This document shows positions 10,252 through 20,445 of a stretch of 63,568 bases of DNA, piece by piece. Each line of letters opens with the position of its first letter. The first letter of the stretch is position 1. This DNA comes from a virus (taxonomy: Duplodnaviria > Caudoviricetes). The translations under genes were made by a program, and so were the position numbers. The notes under the pieces are model-generated. The model had not been told where the DNA came from and made no database searches. It saw only the letters and a list, made by a program, of their open reading frames with translations. Location of the stretch: positions 1 through 63,568 of IMG/VR virus record IMGVR_UViG_3300036832_001810; one strand, 5' to 3'.

Positions 10252-10404
10252 ATGAATAAGCAGCGGCGCAAGGCCAAGGTCGCCAAGGTGATGGGCGAAT
10301 TCCAGCGCGGAACCCTGCATAGCGGGAGCAAGAAGGGTCCCAAGGTGTCCAATCCGAAGCAGGCCATTGCGATTGCGCTCGATTCTGCCCGCCGGGAGGA
10401 GTAG
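10252..10404 (+). CDS. Small basic protein, DUF6496-like (50 aa, below the ORF-track cutoff)
   Basis: KVAKVMGEFQRGTLHSGSKKGPKVSNPKQAIAIAL; AAAGG RBS. Confidence 0.8.
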   Translation: MNKQRRKAKVAKVMGEFQRGTLHSGSKKGPKVSNPKQAIAIALDSARREE

Positions 10405-11085
10405 ATGTTTCCGACCTTCGATATTGCGGAGATCGCCGAAGAGGCCGCCGAACGCGCGGGAATCGATTTCCGCGCGGGCTACGCGCTGCGCACGGCGCGC
10501 CGCTCTATCGAACTGCTCAGTATCGAGTGGGGCAACCGGGGGCTGAATCTGTGGACGGTGGAGGCCGACGAGGTGCCGCTCGTGCCGGGGGTGGATGAAT
10601 ACTTCCTCGATACCGACACGATTGATCTTTTGGAGCACAACCTGCGCACCTACGATCAGGACCTGCGGCCGACCGATTTTCCCTTGGCGCGCCTGTCGAT
10701 GAGCGAGTTTGCGGTGATCCCGTCGAAAACCAACCAGGGCCGGCCCACCTCGATCCACATCAAGCGCAAGATCACGCCCAGCTTTTTACTTTGGCCGGTG
10801 CCGCCCAATCCGCCAAACGCCACTTATTCTGTGGTCTATCTGCGCATGCGGCGCATGGCGAGCGTAGGGCAGGGAGGCACCGGAGAACCCGAGCTGCCCT
10901 TCCGGTTCGTTCCGGCCATGGTGGCCGGCGTGGCCTACTATCTGGCCGCCAAGAGCAAGGACCCCGACGCGCAGCAGCGCGTGCCCATGCTCAAGGCCGC
11001 CTACGAGGAGCAGTTTACTCTGGCGAGCGACGAGGATCGCGACCGCGCGCCGGTGCGCTGGGTGCCCTGGAGTTATTTGTACTGA
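10405..11085 (+). CDS. Head-tail adaptor/neck protein
   Basis: EIAEEAAERAG...TARRS...EWGNRGLNLWT, GRP, LPFRFVPAMVAGVAYYLA; typical of this podovirus group. Confidence 0.75.
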   Translation: MFPTFDIAEIAEEAAERAGIDFRAGYALRTARRSIELLSIEWGNRGLNLWTVEADEVPLVPGVDEYFLDTDTIDLLEHNLRTYDQDLRPTDFPLARLSMSEFAVIPSKTNQGRPTSIHIKRKITPSFLLWPVPPNPPNATYSVVYLRMRRMASVGQGGTGEPELPFRFVPAMVAGVAYYLAAKSKDPDAQQRVPMLKAAYEEQFTLASDEDRDRAPVRWVPWSYLY

Positions 11086-11396
11086 TGCCTGCCTCGGCCA
11101 AATTCGCGACCGGCAAGTATGCGCTCGGCATCTGCGATGTCTGCGGCGTGCGCTTCATGCTTGCCGAGCTGCGCGGCACCACCGTGCGCGGGCGGCGCAC
11201 CGGCATCCTCTCCTGTCCAACCTGCTGGGACCTGGACCATCCGCAGAATTTCCTGCCCGAGGCGGTCACGGTGGATGGCGAGGCCTTGCGCGTGGCGCGG
11301 CCCGAGACTTACGACACGAGCCGTTGGATGTGGGTCATGGCTCAGACCGGCAGCGCGGTCGGGCAGTTCTCCGTGGGAGACGTGGAGGTGGCATGA
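11085..11396 (+). CDS. Conserved Zn-finger virion-module protein
   Basis: FATGKYALGICDVCG...CPTCWDLDHPQ...ALR.ARP; TGATG overlap. Confidence 0.75.
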   Translation: MPASAKFATGKYALGICDVCGVRFMLAELRGTTVRGRRTGILSCPTCWDLDHPQNFLPEAVTVDGEALRVARPETYDTSRWMWVMAQTGSAVGQFSVGDVEVA

Positions 11397-13315
11397 GCGA
11401 CAACAATTTCATTACGGTGGCGTCGCACCGGCGCGCCTTTCCGAAACGCAAGTTCGCCGAGGAGGGTCCGGCGCGCATGGCCGACGGCGGGCTCAACGAT
11501 CTGCCCACGCGCGACCAGTCGCCGGACCAGCAGCGCGCCGCGCGGATCGCGGCCTATGGCTTCGACCCGCTGGAGAGCATGACCGTACCTACGCGCGCGG
11601 CGCAAATGGCCGCGCCCCCGCCGGTGCCGACTTTGCCGTCGGCCGCTCCCGCGCCGGTGAGCGGCGCGCCCATGGTGGCTCCCGCGCCCGCCGCGTCCGC
11701 TCCGGCGGTAACACCGGCGCCGCCCGCGCCTGCCGCCTCGGCTCCGGCGCCGGCCCGAGGCGGCGTCATGGCGGGCGCTTCGCCGGCCACGGCGGCCAAC
11801 GCTCCCGCGCAACAGCAGGCCTCGAACTCGCCGGCCGCCGCGCCGGGGATCGACTGGAAGCAGGTCGCGCTCGCGGCCGGGTCGGGCGCTACCGGCGGCG
11901 CGCCCACCTCGGCCCTGGGCGCCGCCATGGGCAGCCTGGCCAAGCAGTATATGAAGAGCCGCCAGGGCGACAGTGCCGTCACTTCGCCCGGCAAAGTGGC
12001 CGACCGCCGGGGGACGAATTTTAATTTCGGCGACGACGATCAGACCGTCGATCCGAATGAACCGAATCTGATGCGCCCCGCCGGGGGCTATCGGGAAGGG
12101 GGCACCGTGATCGAGGACACCGAGGGCGACAGCCCGCGAGCCAAATTCGAGGACCGCGAGCGCCAATGGGGCGACGTGGGTGAGCCGATCCGAAAAGCCG
12201 ATGGAGGGAGCATGACACCGACAACGAATAATCAACGCGGTTTTCGCGGACGCGGGATGCGGCCGGCGGCGGGTGGGCCGCCCCCGGCAGCTCCGGCGGC
12301 GCCAGTAGGCGGTTCCGGGGCCAGTTTTGGCGCGCCGCCGAATCCGCAGGCGACCTTGCAGGGGATCGCCCCTGGCGGCCCGCCTCCCAGTTTTGGCGCG
12401 CCGCCTCCCGGCGGCATGCCTTCGCAGCAGGCCGCCATGCAGGCCATGCAGGCCCGCTTGGGCGCGCTGTCTCCGGGTGGACCGCCTCCGGGTGGACCGG
12501 GGCTGGGCGCGATGTCGTCCGGCCCGCCTCCGGGTGGACCGCCCGCGCAGAGCTTTGGTGCTCCTCCTCCCGGTGGACCGCCTCCCGGCCCGCCGCCTGG
12601 TATGGGCGGAATGATGGCTGGTATGGGAGGGCCGCCTCCTGGCCCTCCTCCGGGCGGGCCGCCGATGGGCTCTAGCCTCGGTGCTCTGGCGCCAGGCGCC
12701 GCGCCTCCCGGCGGGCCTCCTCCCGCCGCCAGCCTCGGCGCCATGACGCCGGGTGCCGTGCCTCCGGGCGGTGGTCAGCTCCCTCCGGCGGTCTTGCAGC
12801 AGCTCGCCATGCAGCAGGCCGCGCAACAGGGCCGGCCGCCGGGCATGAAGCGCGGCGGCAAGGTCGCGGCCGAGGAAGCGGCCGAGGGCGAGCCGCCCAA
12901 GAAGAGCCGCAAGTTCGGCGCCAAAGAAGAGGCTGCCGAGGAGCTGCCGCCGCCGCTCGCCAAAGCCAAAGGCGGCAGTATCAAGCGCCGCCGTCCGGCG
13001 GGCAGCAAGAAAGCGGCCAAGGCCAAGCCGCCGGTGCCGATGGTGACCGACGAGGATATGGATACGCCACCGCCGCCGTCGGCGCCCGCGATGGCCGGGC
13101 CGCCGCCTGTTCCCGCACCCATGGGCGCGCCACCGCCCGGTATGAAGGAGGGCGGGGAAGTCGCAGCCTGCGACAAGATGGCGGCCGGCGGGGTGGCCAA
13201 GCTGCGGCGCGGCTTCCCCAAGACCATCGGCAAAGCCAAGAAATTCGCCACCGGCGGCAGCGTGCGCGGCTGCGGCGCGGCCACTAAGGGCAAGGGCTTC
13301 TCGGGAATCTACTGA
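11393..13315 (+). CDS. Low-complexity Pro/Gly/Ala-rich virion-associated protein with repeated xxxGG motifs
   Basis: GGAGG RBS; C-terminal GGSVRGCGAATKGKGFSG motif. Confidence 0.65.
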   Translation: MSDNNFITVASHRRAFPKRKFAEEGPARMADGGLNDLPTRDQSPDQQRAARIAAYGFDPLESMTVPTRAAQMAAPPPVPTLPSAAPAPVSGAPMVAPAPAASAPAVTPAPPAPAASAPAPARGGVMAGASPATAANAPAQQQASNSPAAAPGIDWKQVALAAGSGATGGAPTSALGAAMGSLAKQYMKSRQGDSAVTSPGKVADRRGTNFNFGDDDQTVDPNEPNLMRPAGGYREGGTVIEDTEGDSPRAKFEDRERQWGDVGEPIRKADGGSMTPTTNNQRGFRGRGMRPAAGGPPPAAPAAPVGGSGASFGAPPNPQATLQGIAPGGPPPSFGAPPPGGMPSQQAAMQAMQARLGALSPGGPPPGGPGLGAMSSGPPPGGPPAQSFGAPPPGGPPPGPPPGMGGMMAGMGGPPPGPPPGGPPMGSSLGALAPGAAPPGGPPPAASLGAMTPGAVPPGGGQLPPAVLQQLAMQQAAQQGRPPGMKRGGKVAAEEAAEGEPPKKSRKFGAKEEAAEELPPPLAKAKGGSIKRRRPAGSKKAAKAKPPVPMVTDEDMDTPPPPSAPAMAGPPPVPAPMGAPPPGMKEGGEVAACDKMAAGGVAKLRRGFPKTIGKAKKFATGGSVRGCGAATKGKGFSGIY

Positions 13316-13950
13316 TGAATTACGTGGAGCTGCGCGCGGCCATTCAGGAGTATTCGGAAAACTTCGAGGCCAGTTTTGTGGATAACGTGGATACGTTCAT
13401 TCAACTGGCCGAGAGCCGCCTGATGCTGCGCGTACGCCTTCCTAATTTCCGCAAGGAGGCGAGCGGCTCGCTCGCTTCCGGCGTCAACCAGTTGGCCATG
13501 CCGAGCGATTTCCTGTCGCCAGATTCGGTGCTCGCCACGGGCGTGAGTAGCGCCTGGCAGGGCCTTCTACTCAATAAAGATCCCGAGTTCATCCGCGAAT
13601 GTTACCCGGCGGGCAGCCCGGCTGGGCAACTGCGCTTTTACGCCATGACCAACGAAGCCGATATGCTCTTCGGCCCGGCGCCCGATGAGGACTACACGCT
13701 CGACCTGGCCTACTACTACCAGCCGCCTTCGATCATCGTCACCGGCACGAGCTGGCTGGGCGACCACTTCGCGCACGCCCTGGTGAGCGGCTCTTTGGTC
13801 GAGGCCTGCACCTACATGAAGACCGAGGACAACCTCTATCAGCGTTACGACCAGGCCTTCGAAAAGGACCTGGCCATGGATCAGCAGTACGCCAAGGGCC
13901 GGACTAAGAAGGACACCTATCAGGAGCCGGATGTGAGGGTCCGAGTATGA
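13315..13950 (+). CDS. Head-tail adaptor-like protein
   Basis: MNY.EL..AIQEY.EN...FIQLAE.R; PAPD..Y...L.YYY.P.SI. Confidence 0.75.
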   Translation: MNYVELRAAIQEYSENFEASFVDNVDTFIQLAESRLMLRVRLPNFRKEASGSLASGVNQLAMPSDFLSPDSVLATGVSSAWQGLLLNKDPEFIRECYPAGSPAGQLRFYAMTNEADMLFGPAPDEDYTLDLAYYYQPPSIIVTGTSWLGDHFAHALVSGSLVEACTYMKTEDNLYQRYDQAFEKDLAMDQQYAKGRTKKDTYQEPDVRVRV

Positions 13951-14372
13951 TCGCGGGCTCAGTTCTGTGCTCCAGCTTCAAGCAGGAAACCCTGCTCGCG
14001 ATCCACGATTTCATGAACGATCAGTTCAAGCTCGCGCTCTATACGTCGGCAGCTACGATTGGCCCGGATACCACGATTTATGTGCCGGACGGCGAAGCGG
14101 TGGCCAATGGCTACACGGCGGGCGGCCAGGTATTGACGGCGCCCCAGGTCCTGCTCGATCCGGGCTCGCGCACGGCCTTTGCGACCTTCGCCGATCCGGT
14201 GTGGAGCGGCTCGCAGATCACCGCCCGAGGCGCCCTGCTCTACAACCACACCAAGCAGCAGCGCGCCGTCGCGGTGCTCGATTTCGGTTCCGACCAGACC
14301 AGCAACCTGGGGGTATTTCACGTTCTATTTCCGCCGCCGGGAGTCAGCACGGCGTTGATCCGGTTTCTATGA
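13947..14372 (+). CDS. Conserved tail-module protein
   Basis: CSSFKQE.L.AIHDF..D.FKLALYTS; ITARGALLYN; AVAVLDFG.D. Confidence 0.75.
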   Translation: MIAGSVLCSSFKQETLLAIHDFMNDQFKLALYTSAATIGPDTTIYVPDGEAVANGYTAGGQVLTAPQVLLDPGSRTAFATFADPVWSGSQITARGALLYNHTKQQRAVAVLDFGSDQTSNLGVFHVLFPPPGVSTALIRFL

Positions 14373-14575
14373 ACGACCCGAACGCCATCATTTCCGTGGT
14401 CGCCCCGGTCTACACGCCGAGCCTGATGGGCATGACCGGCCAGGTGACGGTGGCCAGCCTGTGGCAGGAAGTGCGGCCGCCTTCCCGCCGTTGGCGCACG
14501 CGGCCGGTGGCGCGCGCTGCCTGGCGGCTGGTCCCGCCGCCCGCGCGCATCGAGGTTACGAAGAGTAACAGGTAG
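14369..14575 (+). CDS. Small tail-module protein
   Basis: ATGA overlap; TGQVTV..LW motif. Confidence 0.5.
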   Translation: MNDPNAIISVVAPVYTPSLMGMTGQVTVASLWQEVRPPSRRWRTRPVARAAWRLVPPPARIEVTKSNR

Positions 14576-14579
14576 GATT

Positions 14580-16019
14580 ATGCCGTCCACTTACACCACC
14601 AACCTGGGCCTGGAGAAACCGGCGACCGGCGAGCAGGCCGGCACCTGGGGCGTCACCGCCAACAGCAGCTACGACTTTCTGGATAAGGCAACCGACGGCA
14701 ACATCCCGATTGCGCTCTCGGCTTCCGGCTACACGCTCTTGACCAGCCAGGGCGTGGACAGCATCGGGCGCAACAAGGTCATCGTTTTTACCGGCGCGCT
14801 CACGCAGGACGCGAGCATCACGGTTTCTCCCAATACGGCGCAAAAGCTCTACTTCATTGTTAACCAGACCACTGGCGGCTTTGGCTTAGTGGTCTCGCAG
14901 GGCACGGGAGCGAACTATCGCATTGCGCCCGGCAAAAGCGCCATCGTGTACGCCAACGGCGCCGGCAACGCGGCCGGCGTTTTCGGTGTGTTGGCGAATT
15001 TCCAGTGCGATACGCTGCTCGCGGCCACATCGGCGACTATCAATGGTCTGACCGCCACCGGATCGACCTCGTTTACCGGGGCGGCCGTCTTTTCGGGCGG
15101 GGTGACGATCTCCCCGAGCCTGGCGCTCAATCTGGGCTCTGACGCCAGCTACGACATGTACTACCGCAACGCGAGCGGCCAGATGGCGCGCCTGCCGCTG
15201 GGCGCGTCGGGCCAGATTCTGGAGGCCACCGCGAGCGGGCCACAGTGGGCCACGGTCAGCCTGGGGCTCAGTACGGGCATGCCGGTGGGGGGTGCGCAGA
15301 ACAACAAAGTGCTCTGGTCGGACGCCTCATCGAATTTGCAGACCAACGTCAATTTCGGTTTTGTGCTGGGCGTTGGCCTGTCCATTGGGCCTACGACGCC
15401 GCAGCATCCGATCCATGTCGGCGGCAGCGGCTTTCCTGCGGAGATCTGGGTGGACGATGTCAGCGGCAACACCAAGCGCTTGGTGTGTGCGACCGGCAAT
15501 AGGATGCGCGCCTATTTCGGCGTGAATGGGTCGCCAGAGTCGGGCGGCGATGCGGGCAGCAACCCGATCATCGGGAGCCTGAACGATGCGGGCAGTTCAG
15601 GCTGGACGCACTTTATCGCCTCTCGCATTAACGGCCATGTAGTGCTCGGCGGTTCCGTCGATGTGGGCGGCATCGTCAATATCGTCAACGGTGGACAGGC
15701 GCTCAACGCGCCGATGCTGGTTACGCGCGCTCCATCGGGACAGACCGGCGATTTGCAGCAGTGGCAGAATTCCACCGCGACCACCCTGGCGCATCTCGAT
15801 TCTCAGGGCAACCTGTACGTGCAAGGCATGACGGTGGCGGGCAGTCTTTCCGTGGCTGGGGCGTTCAATCCCGGCAGCGTGGATACGCCAGGCGCAATTG
15901 TGGGTTTCTCTTATTCCGTGTACAACCCGGCGGGGACGAAGCATGACGGCTACACCGGGCCGGTTTCGACGCCGAGCGGTACGGTCAACTGCATCAAGGG
16001 CATCATTGTCCTGAATTGA
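14580..16019 (+). CDS. Tail fibre/appendage protein
   Basis: MPSTYT.NLGLEKPATGEQAGTWG..N anchor motif; G/S/T-rich beta body. Confidence 0.75.
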   Translation: MPSTYTTNLGLEKPATGEQAGTWGVTANSSYDFLDKATDGNIPIALSASGYTLLTSQGVDSIGRNKVIVFTGALTQDASITVSPNTAQKLYFIVNQTTGGFGLVVSQGTGANYRIAPGKSAIVYANGAGNAAGVFGVLANFQCDTLLAATSATINGLTATGSTSFTGAAVFSGGVTISPSLALNLGSDASYDMYYRNASGQMARLPLGASGQILEATASGPQWATVSLGLSTGMPVGGAQNNKVLWSDASSNLQTNVNFGFVLGVGLSIGPTTPQHPIHVGGSGFPAEIWVDDVSGNTKRLVCATGNRMRAYFGVNGSPESGGDAGSNPIIGSLNDAGSSGWTHFIASRINGHVVLGGSVDVGGIVNIVNGGQALNAPMLVTRAPSGQTGDLQQWQNSTATTLAHLDSQGNLYVQGMTVAGSLSVAGAFNPGSVDTPGAIVGFSYSVYNPAGTKHDGYTGPVSTPSGTVNCIKGIIVLN

Positions 16020-16026
16020 TACCCCT

Positions 16027-19000
16027 ATGACGACGATTCAAGACTTCCTTCCCTATGCCGATGGATCACCCGCCAGCGGGCGGCTGGTGATCTATTGGAA
16101 GTCCTTCGTCGTCTCCAGCGTGACCGTGGCGGGCGGCGAGCTGGAATTTGAGATCGTCAACGGCAACGTCACGCTCTCGCTCTATTCAAACGCCAATGCG
16201 CTGCCGACCGGCAGCTACTATAACGCCAAGTACGAACTGGAGAATGGCGCCGTCTACGTGGAGCAATGGATCGTTCCGAATACGCCCACGGCCACTCTGG
16301 GCCAGGTGCGCGTCTCCTTCCCGCCGTCGCCTTCGGTGATTATCTCCCCGCTGCAGCTTTCCTCGCTCGGCGGCCAGCCCGGCATGTTCCTCATGTGGGA
16401 TGGCAATAAGTGGGTGCCCGGCTACCCGAGCACCTTCAACATGAACCCGAATTACATCAGCGTGGCGGCCGGGGGCTCGGGCACGGATGTCAATATCGTG
16501 GGCTCGCCGGTAGCTTTGGGCAACCTGGTCACGATCAACGTGCCCGATGCCAGCGCGACCGCGCGCGGCGTGGTCACCACGGCGGCGCAGACCTTCGCCG
16601 GCGCCAAGACCTTTACCGGCAATGTAAGTATGGGCAACCTGACGGTCACGGGCACCGTGACCCTGCCGCCCAACTCCTATGTGCCGGTGGCCCGCCGGGT
16701 GATCGCCGGCACGGGGATGACGGGCGGCGGCGCGCTCACCGCCGATGTGACCTTGAATGCGCCCGTGATGATCGCATCGGGAAGCGGGCACGCGGCGGGC
16801 ATCGCGCCTGATCCCGGTGCGACTGCAGGCGCGACGCGCTTCTTGCGTGAGGACGCGACCTGGGCGGTCATCAATGCGAGTTCCATCGGCGTTGTGCCGA
16901 CTACGCGCCAGGTGCTGGCTGGTCCCGGTCTTTCTGGCGGCGGCTCGCTCGCGACCGACGTGACGCTCTCCGCGCCGGTGATGGTGGCATCGGGAGCTTC
17001 GCATGCGGCCGGCCTCGCGCCTGATCCTGGCGTAACCGCAGGCGTAACCCGCTATCTGCGCGAGGACGGCACCTGGGCGGTGCCGCCGGGTGGCACCAAC
17101 AGCCCGCTGACCACCAAGGGCGACCTCTACGTCTACACCACCATCAACGCGCGCCTGCCCGTTGGCTCTGACGGCTATGTGTTGACGGCCGATTCCACGC
17201 AGGCCTCCGGCATGAAGTGGGCGGTTGCGGCTGGCGGTTTCGTTGACCCGACGACTACCAAGGGCGACTTGATTGCACGCGGCGCGGCCGCACCGGCCAC
17301 CCGGTTGCCGGTCGGCACCGATGGCCTGGTGTTGACGGCCGACAGCACGCAGCCGCTCGGCGTGAGGTGGGTCGCGGTGGGTGGCGGCGCAGGCAATGTA
17401 ACGACCGTTTTCGGGCGCACTGGCGCGGTGGTTCAGGTCACCGGCGACTACACGGCGGCGCAGGTCACCAACGCGGTGGACACGACGCAGGCTTATGCCA
17501 ATCCCGCGTGGCTCATCTCTCTCGCCTGGAGCAAGATCACCGGCGCACCGGCGACGGGGGTCAGTACTGTATTCGGGCGCAGCGGCGCGGTGGTGGCTGC
17601 GGTGGGCGATTATACGGCGGCGCAGGTAACCAACGCCGTCGATACCACACAGACCTATCCCAACCCAGCCTGGATTCCGAGCTATGCGTGGAGCAAGATC
17701 ACCGGCGCACCCGCGACCGTGCCGCCCACCCGTCAGATACTCGCGGGCGCGGGCCTCAGTGGCGGCGGTGCCCTGAGCGCGGATGTAACTCTTGCGGCAG
17801 TTCCGATGGGCGCGAGCGGCGCGTCGCACGCGGCGGGCATGGTGCCCGATCCCGGTGCCACAGCGGGCACAACCCGCTTCCTGCGCGAGGACGCGAGCTG
17901 GGCGGTGCCTGCGGGTGGGGCCGGGTCGCAGACGCCCTGGTTGAGCAACATCGATGGCGGCTTATTTAATCTCTCTCGCGTTTCTTACGTAGCGATTACG
18001 ACAGGTACGGCCACTACACCTGGAGGAGCGCCTGCGCTTTATATGGGCCGTTATGACAATTCCAAGCTGGAAGGGATGCTAGCTGTTTCTGCTGCGGCAA
18101 ATGCTATAGCGACAGGATCAATCGCGGGAGATTTTGTCATTCGCGCAAATCAGCCTGGCAACAACTTGTGGTTTGCCACTCCTGATGGAACGGGCCGGAT
18201 GGTGTTGACGAATTCTGGGAACATCGGCATCGGCACGGCGTCTCCCCAGAATCTTCTGTCCGTTTATTCTTCTTCTTCCAGCGTTCCCGCCAACGCAAGC
18301 GTGACCTCAGATGGAGTCTATGGTCAATTGATTGTGGCTGGTTACGGCACTTCAACTCTTGGAGGGATTCTCACCGGAGTCTCAGCGAGGGGCACGAGTG
18401 CTGCACCCACAGCAACTCAAGCGGGTGACATCATACTGCTCGTTCAGGGTAACGGATATTCGAATGCGGTTGCGACTGCGGGAAGCATACGTATTTCTGC
18501 TGAATCTGCCTGGGCCACCAACAACACTCCCGGTTTTATCAGCTTTTGGACCAATCCTGCTAATGGTGGGGTAGAGCGCATGCGGATCACATCGGCGGGG
18601 CTGGTGGGAATCGGAACGGCTTCGCCGGCACTTCCTTTACACATAGTAAGCTCCGGTTATGATCAAGCTATCTTTGAAGGATCAACAAGTACTGGGGCTG
18701 GACTTACAATTAAATCTGCAGTACATCAATTTGATATTCTGACTGATGTTAATAGTTCATTATTTATTTATGACCGTACATCGAACGCATATCGTCTTTA
18801 TATAGATTCTACTGGTAGGGTTGGCATAGGAACATCCGGTCCAGTAACCAAACTGTCCGTAGTATCAAGTTCCAGCATCGATGGTGTGACCGTCTCCAGC
18901 GTGGATCGAGCCAGCGTCTGGTTCACGACGACGGGCGCAAATAACCGGAGCTGGCTGCTGCAAAACGCGGTTGCGGCGGGCGATGATTTCCAGTTCCTGG

Positions 19001-19743
19001 CGTCCACCGCACCAGGGGGCACACCATCGACTATGGTGATGACGCTGAAGGCTGGCGGCAATGTCGGCATCGGGACTACAGTTGTCCCAGTTCGTTTTGC
19101 TTTAAGTGCTAATGGTAATAACGTAGTATATACTTCCATACCAACAAATTCAGTAGCCTTCTTTGGTGGCTTATATTCATCCGCCAGTGATACTATACCC
19201 GCTGCTCTAATCAATATTGGTATTGATCACAATATGGACTATGGAGCTTTCATCGGTTCCATGTATTTTTCTAATAGTCAGGCTGGTTGCGTAATTGGAT
19301 CACGCCATGCGGCAGGCCACCAACCAACAGTCTATGTTCGTAATTTCCAGGTTGGTATTAATAAAGCTATAGCAGCCTATGCGCTTGATGTATCAGGTGA
19401 CTGCAATATCACCGGCACATACCGCCAGAACGGTGTGCCGATCTCGACGGGCGGTGGGGCCATCACCACGCAGAACACCAATCCGGGAACAACATTGGGG
19501 GGCACCTATCAGAACACCACCGGCAAGCCGGTCTTCCACACGGTGACCGTCGCTATGCTAAGTACCTCTGGCGCTCTGACCGCAGTCACGGATTCATCGA
19601 GCGCCCCCTCGACAACCGTCGCGAACGCAACCACCTCTTCTGGAAGCGCCATCAACGTACCCATCTCATTTTGGGTTTTGCCTAACAACTATTACAGAGT
19701 TACGTCAGGCGGAACCCTCCAGTATTGGACGCAGTGGTCTTAA
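16027..19743 (+). CDS. Long modular tail fibre / receptor-binding protein
   Basis: Internal repeats (GGGxLxADVTL...TRFLRED x3, TTKGDL x2, VFGRxGAV x2), multiple GxVGIGT units. Confidence 0.85.
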   Translation: MTTIQDFLPYADGSPASGRLVIYWKSFVVSSVTVAGGELEFEIVNGNVTLSLYSNANALPTGSYYNAKYELENGAVYVEQWIVPNTPTATLGQVRVSFPPSPSVIISPLQLSSLGGQPGMFLMWDGNKWVPGYPSTFNMNPNYISVAAGGSGTDVNIVGSPVALGNLVTINVPDASATARGVVTTAAQTFAGAKTFTGNVSMGNLTVTGTVTLPPNSYVPVARRVIAGTGMTGGGALTADVTLNAPVMIASGSGHAAGIAPDPGATAGATRFLREDATWAVINASSIGVVPTTRQVLAGPGLSGGGSLATDVTLSAPVMVASGASHAAGLAPDPGVTAGVTRYLREDGTWAVPPGGTNSPLTTKGDLYVYTTINARLPVGSDGYVLTADSTQASGMKWAVAAGGFVDPTTTKGDLIARGAAAPATRLPVGTDGLVLTADSTQPLGVRWVAVGGGAGNVTTVFGRTGAVVQVTGDYTAAQVTNAVDTTQAYANPAWLISLAWSKITGAPATGVSTVFGRSGAVVAAVGDYTAAQVTNAVDTTQTYPNPAWIPSYAWSKITGAPATVPPTRQILAGAGLSGGGALSADVTLAAVPMGASGASHAAGMVPDPGATAGTTRFLREDASWAVPAGGAGSQTPWLSNIDGGLFNLSRVSYVAITTGTATTPGGAPALYMGRYDNSKLEGMLAVSAAANAIATGSIAGDFVIRANQPGNNLWFATPDGTGRMVLTNSGNIGIGTASPQNLLSVYSSSSSVPANASVTSDGVYGQLIVAGYGTSTLGGILTGVSARGTSAAPTATQAGDIILLVQGNGYSNAVATAGSIRISAESAWATNNTPGFISFWTNPANGGVERMRITSAGLVGIGTASPALPLHIVSSGYDQAIFEGSTSTGAGLTIKSAVHQFDILTDVNSSLFIYDRTSNAYRLYIDSTGRVGIGTSGPVTKLSVVSSSSIDGVTVSSVDRASVWFTTTGANNRSWLLQNAVAAGDDFQFLASTAPGGTPSTMVMTLKAGGNVGIGTTVVPVRFALSANGNNVVYTSIPTNSVAFFGGLYSSASDTIPAALINIGIDHNMDYGAFIGSMYFSNSQAGCVIGSRHAAGHQPTVYVRNFQVGINKAIAAYALDVSGDCNITGTYRQNGVPISTGGGAITTQNTNPGTTLGGTYQNTTGKPVFHTVTVAMLSTSGALTAVTDSSSAPSTTVANATTSSGSAINVPISFWVLPNNYYRVTSGGTLQYWTQWS

Positions 19744-19752
19744 AGGAGACTT

Positions 19753-20040
19753 ATGACTTACGAAGAATCGGCAGCATTGATGGTCGATCCTGAATTCCGT
19801 GGGCGTGTTAAGGTGGCGTGCCTGAAGTACGCGGACTCCATCATCGGTGAGCCCACGGGCACCCCGGCTCACAACACGCGCCTCAAATGGGCCCAGTTCT
19901 GCGTCCAACAACCGGACCAAACGGCAATGCAGGTACAGCCTCCCACCGTGATGGACGCGGAGGTCCAGGCCGATGGAGCCGATATCACCGATGTGGCCCT
20001 ACAGGCCTCTGTCGAAGTGACCGTCAACAAAATGATGTAA
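19753..20040 (+). CDS. Hypothetical protein (fibre-associated)
   Basis: AAGGAG RBS; follows the fibre gene. Confidence 0.7.
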   Translation: MTYEESAALMVDPEFRGRVKVACLKYADSIIGEPTGTPAHNTRLKWAQFCVQQPDQTAMQVQPPTVMDAEVQADGADITDVALQASVEVTVNKMM

Positions 20041-20053
20041 GGAGAGGAGAGCG

Positions 20054-20443
20054 ATGACCCTGAACTTGAATATTCAGCAACGAATCAACCTGGTCCTGCT
20101 TACCGGAGCGCAGCGCGGTAACGTCGCCGAGATGCGCCTGTTCTGGGGCCTGCAGGACCGGCTGCAGTTGAGCGACGAGGAGAAGGCGAGCATCGACTAC
20201 CAGACCGTGCTCGATCAGGGCAGCGGCATGGAGGTCCCGCGCTGGAACCATTTCAAAGCGCGCGATTGCGCACCGCTGGCGTTTGAGCTGACGGAGAGCG
20301 AGGGGCAGCGCCTGCGCCGCATGCTCGACGAGTGGCCACACTTTCTGGCCGCCGTGGACCGGGTGTGGATCGAGCCTCTGATGGACCAACTGCCGGTGCC
20401 GGCGGCGATGCCGGCGGCTGCGGCCGGCGGCCTGCGCATGTAG
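20054..20443 (+). CDS. Hypothetical protein (possible fibre chaperone)
   Basis: GAGGAG RBS; position after the fibre gene. Confidence 0.65.
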   Translation: MTLNLNIQQRINLVLLTGAQRGNVAEMRLFWGLQDRLQLSDEEKASIDYQTVLDQGSGMEVPRWNHFKARDCAPLAFELTESEGQRLRRMLDEWPHFLAAVDRVWIEPLMDQLPVPAAMPAAAAGGLRM

Positions 20444-20445
20444 TT

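Noticed and set aside
16027-19743. Diversity-generating retroelement or shufflon acting on the tail fibre
   Set aside because: No reverse transcriptase, no adenine-variant template repeat and no invertase or inverted cassettes were visible.
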